Source: Candidatus Tectimicrobiota bacterium (GTDB lineage: Bacteria; JACPUC01). From it: a stretch of 64,000 bases of DNA. The position numbers and the translations under genes were made by a program. The stretch's first letter is position 1, and each line of letters starts with the position of its first letter. Shown piece after piece: positions 59,242 to 64,000 of this stretch. The stretch covers positions 62,001-126,000 of the forward strand of contig JACPUC010000003.1 in the NCBI GenBank assembly GCA_016192455.1, read 5' to 3'. The notes under the pieces are model-generated. The model ran no database searches and was not told where the DNA came from. It was given only the letters and a program-made list of their open reading frames with translations.

Positions 59242-59256
59242 TAATAGATACTATTA
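59242..59256. promoter_or_regulatory. AT-rich palindromic operator-like site
   Basis: TAATAG-ATA-CTATTA, 29 bp upstream of the YyaL start in a divergent intergenic region. Confidence 0.45.
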
Positions 59257-59678
59257 GGAGCGCAGCGGCTGCCGGGGGAACTCCGTCAGAGCCGACGCGT
59301 GACCCCCCCTTGGAGAGGCGCCGCCAGCGCGCCGCCGGGGAGGTGGCGCCGCGCCGCCGTCCCTCGCGGACCTTCAACGGGAGGACCGTGGTGAGAAGGG
59401 CTGGCCGCCTCGCTCCGCGCCATGAGCGCAATATAGGAAAAGGTTCGCGCCATGCCGAGAAGAATTCCTCCTGTTGGCGGGCCCCCTGCGCGGCGCCCTG
59501 AAGGGTGGCCCGCGCGCCGCCCCTTGCCTGGTGAGGCTTGCGAGGCAGGGCGACTCCGCAGACCATCCCGCAGCCCGTTCAGGGGAAACGCGGTGGAGAG
59601 CGGAGGGAACGGTCTCGCGGCGCGCGCGGCAGCTCTCGCCCCCGTCGAGCCGCGGGGGCCTCGCTGAGGGATAGAACC

Positions 59679-62600
59679 ATGGAGGGCACGGACAAGCAGT
59701 TTGGAGAGCGGCCCCAGAGCTTCACCTCCGCGGAGTACGAGGTGCTGCAGCGCGTCGTCGAGGCTGCCAGCTCCCTGACCCTCGAGACCCTCCTGCGCCA
59801 TGCGCTGGCCGAGGTGGTGGCGGCGCTGGGCGGCTTCGGCGGGGCGGTGCACCTCATCGAGGGGGAGTACCGCACCCTGCAGGCGCAGATGGGCGAGGTG
59901 AGCGAGGAGTTCCTGCGCCGGGTGCAGAAGCTGGGGCGCGAAGAAGGCATCGCCGGGGAGGTGGTGCGGACGGGTCGTCCGATTGTCCTCGAAGATGTCT
60001 CGAAGGACCCGCGCCGATCCGTTGATCTTCTCCGTCAGGAGGGCATCCGGGGGTACGCCTGCGTGCCCCTCATCGCCGGCGAGCGCGTCTTGGGCACCCT
60101 GGTGGTGGCGGCGCGGGAGAGCCGCATCATCGCCGACGCCAAAGTAGAGCTCCTGGCCGCCGTGGGGCGCCAGGTGGGCCTCGCCGTGGAGCGCGCCCGC
60201 CTGCACGAGCAAGTGAAGCAGCACGCCGCCAACCAGCAGGTGCTGAACAAGCTCGCCCTGCAAGTCTCGGGCTCCCTCGACGAACAGGAGACCTTCCGGG
60301 AAATCGTGCGGGCCCTGGGAACCTTGCTGAACGTGCCGGAAGCTTCCGTCTACACCTATGACGCGGAGCGCGAAGTCGTCTTCTTCCGGGCCGGGCTCTT
60401 CCCCGATCCGACCGATTCGCGCCACAAAGAGTTCCGCCCCGGCGAGGGGCTCATCGGCGCCGTCCTGAAGGAGCGCCGGCCGCTGGTGGTGCCGCGCGTC
60501 GCCGAGTCGCCGGCCTGGCTCCCGGTGGGGCTTGCCGACCAGGCGAGGTTCGTCTCCTTCGCCGGCATGCCGGTGCTGCTGCGCGGCGAGCCTCTCGGCG
60601 TGCTCTCCATCCTCACCACCAGCGAGCGCCGCTTCGCCCCGGAGGAGATGCAGCTCCTCGGCGATTTCGCCCAGCACGCCGCCATTGCCATGCAGAACAC
60701 CCGCATGGTGACGCAGCTCCGCGACAGCGCCGACTCCCTGCGGCAGCTCGCGAAGCGCCAGGAGGTCCTGCAGGCGGCGGCGGCCGAGCTGGTAGGGAAT
60801 GTGGCGTCGGGCGAGGTGATCCAGCACATTCTGCAGGGCGCCGGCGAGCTCCTGAAGGCGGAGTTCGGCCACGTCGCGGTGTGCCATTGGGACAGCCGCG
60901 AGCTCGAGCTGCTGGCCGCCACGGGGATGCTCGCCGCGCACGTGGGCGCGCGCTACCCCCTTGCCGGCAGCCTCGGCGGCGAGGTCGCCGAGCGGGGCTC
61001 CTGCCAGGTGTTCAGGCGCGACGAGGTGAAGGCGCGCGGCTTCTTTCAGACCCATCGCCGCGGGCAGCCGATGGAATCGCTCATCTTCGTGCCGCTGCGC
61101 GTCGCCGACAGCGTGCGCGGCGTGCTGGGGCTGGCGCGTCCCCTCGGGCGGCCCCCCTTCAACGAGGAAGACCTGCTCCTCCTGAAGAGCTTCGGGAACT
61201 ACGCCGCCGCCGCGCTGCACGCCGCCGACCTCCTGCGCGACAGCCGGGCCAGCCGGGCGCGGCTCGAGCACCTCATCGAGGCCGCCGGCGACGTCATCAT
61301 CGCGGTCGATCGCCAGCTCCGCATCGTCACCTGGAACAAGGCGGCCCAGTCGGTCTACGGCTACACCGCCGCGGAGATGCGGGGGAAGCCGATCTTCACT
61401 CTCTGGCGGCGGGTGACGGAGGAGGCGGTGCGCTTCCATGAGCGCGTGCTGGCGGGCGAGACGGTGCGCGACATGGAGGTGTCCTGGAAGCACAAGGACG
61501 GCAGCCGCCGGCATGTCCTCTACACGCTGTCGCCGATCTCCGATGGGGCAGGGCAGCCAGCCGGGATCATGGGGGTGGGGAAGGATATCACCGAGCGCCG
61601 CCGCATGGAGCTGGCGATGCAGCGGCACAATCGGGAGCTGATCGCCCTGCAGGAGATTTGCAGCACGATTTCGGCCGCCCTCGATCCGCAGGCCGTGTTC
61701 ACGTGCGTCGTCGAGCATGGCGCCGCCCTGCTGAACGCCCGCGCCTGTTTCCTGCGCCTGCTGTCGAGCGACGGCGCGCGGCTCGACTGCTTCGTCTCCT
61801 CGGGACAGGCCGAGCCCATCGAGCTGGAGCCGATTCCGCTGCCGGGGTCCATCTCCGAAACGCTCTTCAGCACGCGGCGCGGCGTGCGCATGTCCTGGGA
61901 CGACATGCGGGCGCGAACGTGCGCCCACCCTCAGCTCGGCGGCAAGGTCCCCCCGCAGCACCTGATGATCGCGCCGCTCCACCTCGGCGAGCAGATTCTG
62001 GGCACCATGTCGGTGCGGCGCAGCAGCGAGCAGCCGATGTTCGAGGCCTCGGAGCTGGCGCTCCTCGAGCTCCTCTGCGCCCAGGCCGCCGTCTCCATCC
62101 GCAATGCCCAGCAGCATGAGACCCTCGAGAAAGCCGAGGCGCGGCTGCGCGATCTCTACGACCACGCGCCCGACCTCTACCACTCGCTGGACCGCAACGG
62201 CGCCATCCTGGGCTGCAACCAAACCTATGCGGATACCCTCGGCTACACCAAGGAGGAGCTCATCGGCAGCTCCTACCTCGACCTCGTGGCGCCGGGGGAG
62301 CGCGAGGAGGCGCTCAGCAACGTGCGGAACATCTTCGGCAGCGCCACGCCGATGCGCATCGAGCGCACCATGGTGCGCCGGGATGGCTCCACCTTGACGG
62401 TGGAGGTGAAGCGCCGGGCGGTCCTCGACGCCAGCGGCAACGTCGTGCGCACCGACACCCTCCTGCGCGACATCAGCGACCGCAAGCGGGCGGAGGCGGC
62501 GCTGCGCGCCAACGAGCTGCGCACCGGGCTCATCCTCGATAACGTCATGGACGCCATTGTCACGACCGACCGCGCCTGCGCCATCATCTCGTTCAACCGC

Positions 62601-64000
62601 GCCGCCGAGCGCATCTTTGGGTACAACGCCGCCGAGGCCATCGGCCAGAACGTCATCAGCCTCCTGCTGGCGCCGCGCCTGCAAGCCGAGTACGCCGCGC
62701 ACCTGGCCAACTACCTGCGCACGGGGGAGCGCCGCGTCGTGGGACACCCGCGGGAGACCGAGGGACAGCGCCGCGACGGCTCGATCTTCCCGATGGAGCT
62801 GGCCGTCTCCGAGCTCGAGCTGGACGGGCACCAGCTCTTCATCGGCATCCTACGCGATATCAGCGAGCGCAAGCAGGCCGAAGCGGAGCGGCGGCACTTG
62901 CAAGCGAAGATGCAGCAGTCCCAGAAGCTGGAGAGTCTCGGCGTGCTGGCGGGGGGGATTGCGCACGACTTCAACAACCTGCTCATGGGTGTCATGGGTC
63001 ACGCCAGCCTGGCCCTGATGGAGCTCCCTCCCGAGTCGCCGGCGCGGCAATCCATGCAACAGGTGGAGACGGCGGCCCGCCGCGCCGCCGAGCTGACCAA
63101 CCAGATGCTGGCGTACTCGGGGAAAGGGCGGTTCATCGTGCAGCCACTCAACCTCTCCAAGCTCGTCGAGGAGATGGCGCATCTGCTGCAAACAGTGATC
63201 TCCAAGAAAGCCGTGCTGCGGTTCGACCTGGCGAAGGACCTCCCCCCGGTCGAGGTGGATGCCACGCAGGTCCGCCAGGTGGTCATGAACCTCATCACCA
63301 ATGCCTCCGACGCCCTCGACGGCGCCACCGGGGTGATCACCCTGCGGACGGGCATCTTCGAGGCCGACCGCGCCTACCTGTCGCGGACCTACCTCGATGA
63401 GGAGCTGCCCGAGGGCCGCTACGCCTACATCGAGGTCGCCGATACCGGCGCGGGCATGGACCACGACACGGTCGCCAAGATCTTCGATCCCTTCTTCAGC
63501 ACCAAGTTCACCGGCCGCGGCCTGGGACTCGCCGCGGTGCTCGGCATTGTGCGCGGTCACCAAGGAGCGATCAAGATCGACACCAGAAAGGGCGTCGGCA
63601 CGACGATCCGCATCCTGCTCCCCTGTCAGGACCGCGCCGCCGAGGCCGGCCTTCCCGAAGAGCCGAAGCCCGCGGCAGGCTGGCGCGGCAGCGGCGCCAT
63701 CCTGGTGGTTGATGACGAGGCCGCGGTGCGCTCCATCACCCAGCGCGCCCTGGAGAAGTTCGGCTTCACCGTCCTCACCGCCGAGGATGGCCGCGAGGGG
63801 GTCAAGCTCTTCCGCGCCCACGCCGACGAGATCGTTGTGGTGCTGCTGGACATGACGATGCCGAACATGAACGCCGATGAAGCCTCGCGCGAGATGCGCC
63901 GCATCCGACCGGCGGTGCGCATCATCCTGTCCAGCGGCTACACCCAGGATGACGTCGCCGCGAAGTTCCCCAGGGACGCCCTGGCGGGGTTCATCCAGAA
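59679..64000 (+). CDS. Large hybrid sensor kinase: GAF-GAF-GAF-PAS-GAF-PAS-PAS-HisKA-HATPase-REC; runs off the window end
   Basis: Not in the ORF track (no stop in window). Manual translation from MEGTDKQF; H-box AHDFNNLL, NASDA, FDPFFSTK, GRGLGL, receiver LVVDDE in the same frame. Confidence 0.9.
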   Translation, partial: MEGTDKQFGERPQSFTSAEYEVLQRVVEAASSLTLETLLRHALAEVVAALGGFGGAVHLIEGEYRTLQAQMGEVSEEFLRRVQKLGREEGIAGEVVRTGRPIVLEDVSKDPRRSVDLLRQEGIRGYACVPLIAGERVLGTLVVAARESRIIADAKVELLAAVGRQVGLAVERARLHEQVKQHAANQQVLNKLALQVSGSLDEQETFREIVRALGTLLNVPEASVYTYDAEREVVFFRAGLFPDPTDSRHKEFRPGEGLIGAVLKERRPLVVPRVAESPAWLPVGLADQARFVSFAGMPVLLRGEPLGVLSILTTSERRFAPEEMQLLGDFAQHAAIAMQNTRMVTQLRDSADSLRQLAKRQEVLQAAAAELVGNVASGEVIQHILQGAGELLKAEFGHVAVCHWDSRELELLAATGMLAAHVGARYPLAGSLGGEVAERGSCQVFRRDEVKARGFFQTHRRGQPMESLIFVPLRVADSVRGVLGLARPLGRPPFNEEDLLLLKSFGNYAAAALHAADLLRDSRASRARLEHLIEAAGDVIIAVDRQLRIVTWNKAAQSVYGYTAAEMRGKPIFTLWRRVTEEAVRFHERVLAGETVRDMEVSWKHKDGSRRHVLYTLSPISDGAGQPAGIMGVGKDITERRRMELAMQRHNRELIALQEICSTISAALDPQAVFTCVVEHGAALLNARACFLRLLSSDGARLDCFVSSGQAEPIELEPIPLPGSISETLFSTRRGVRMSWDDMRARTCAHPQLGGKVPPQHLMIAPLHLGEQILGTMSVRRSSEQPMFEASELALLELLCAQAAVSIRNAQQHETLEKAEARLRDLYDHAPDLYHSLDRNGAILGCNQTYADTLGYTKEELIGSSYLDLVAPGEREEALSNVRNIFGSATPMRIERTMVRRDGSTLTVEVKRRAVLDASGNVVRTDTLLRDISDRKRAEAALRANELRTGLILDNVMDAIVTTDRACAIISFNRAAERIFGYNAAEAIGQNVISLLLAPRLQAEYAAHLANYLRTGERRVVGHPRETEGQRRDGSIFPMELAVSELELDGHQLFIGILRDISERKQAEAERRHLQAKMQQSQKLESLGVLAGGIAHDFNNLLMGVMGHASLALMELPPESPARQSMQQVETAARRAAELTNQMLAYSGKGRFIVQPLNLSKLVEEMAHLLQTVISKKAVLRFDLAKDLPPVEVDATQVRQVVMNLITNASDALDGATGVITLRTGIFEADRAYLSRTYLDEELPEGRYAYIEVADTGAGMDHDTVAKIFDPFFSTKFTGRGLGLAAVLGIVRGHQGAIKIDTRKGVGTTIRILLPCQDRAAEAGLPEEPKPAAGWRGSGAILVVDDEAAVRSITQRALEKFGFTVLTAEDGREGVKLFRAHADEIVVVLLDMTMPNMNADEASREMRRIRPAVRIILSSGYTQDDVAAKFPRDALAGFIQ

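Noticed and set aside
59286-62831. 1181-aa minus-strand ORF and many other long overlapping ORFs (e.g. 24153..26711, 4280..6277, 30685..32547)
   Set aside because: Antisense shadows of real high-GC genes, with no family motifs.

Overview
High-GC bacterial chromosomal segment (about 70% GC by eye; host not identifiable from the sequence) with about 50 protein-coding genes. No rRNA, tRNA or CRISPR array was seen. Recognisable genes include tandem UbiD-family decarboxylases, NitT/TauT-type ABC components, glcDEF, queF, lpdA, a tandem-domain thyX, purM, a type III PKS with a methyltransferase, paired acyl-CoA dehydrogenases and two GAF/PAS histidine kinases. The ORF track splits two genes at in-frame UGA codons that look like selenocysteine codons, each followed by a SECIS-like hairpin: an iodothyronine-deiodinase-like protein (16374-17000) and glycine-reductase selenoprotein A (52814-53272), which sits in an unusual grdC-grdA unit without grdD/grdB/grdE. 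A family of 200-280 bp non-autonomous elements is scattered through the window; it has IS-like ends, 4-bp flanks (mostly CTAG), interchangeable REP-like hairpin modules, and three copies sit exactly on TAG stop codons. The region from about 34.8 to 41.1 kb is an acquisition and decay hotspot with low-GC genes (including a membrane-anchored thiaminase I homologue) and two gene remnants. All calls come from reading motifs by eye; no searches were run.
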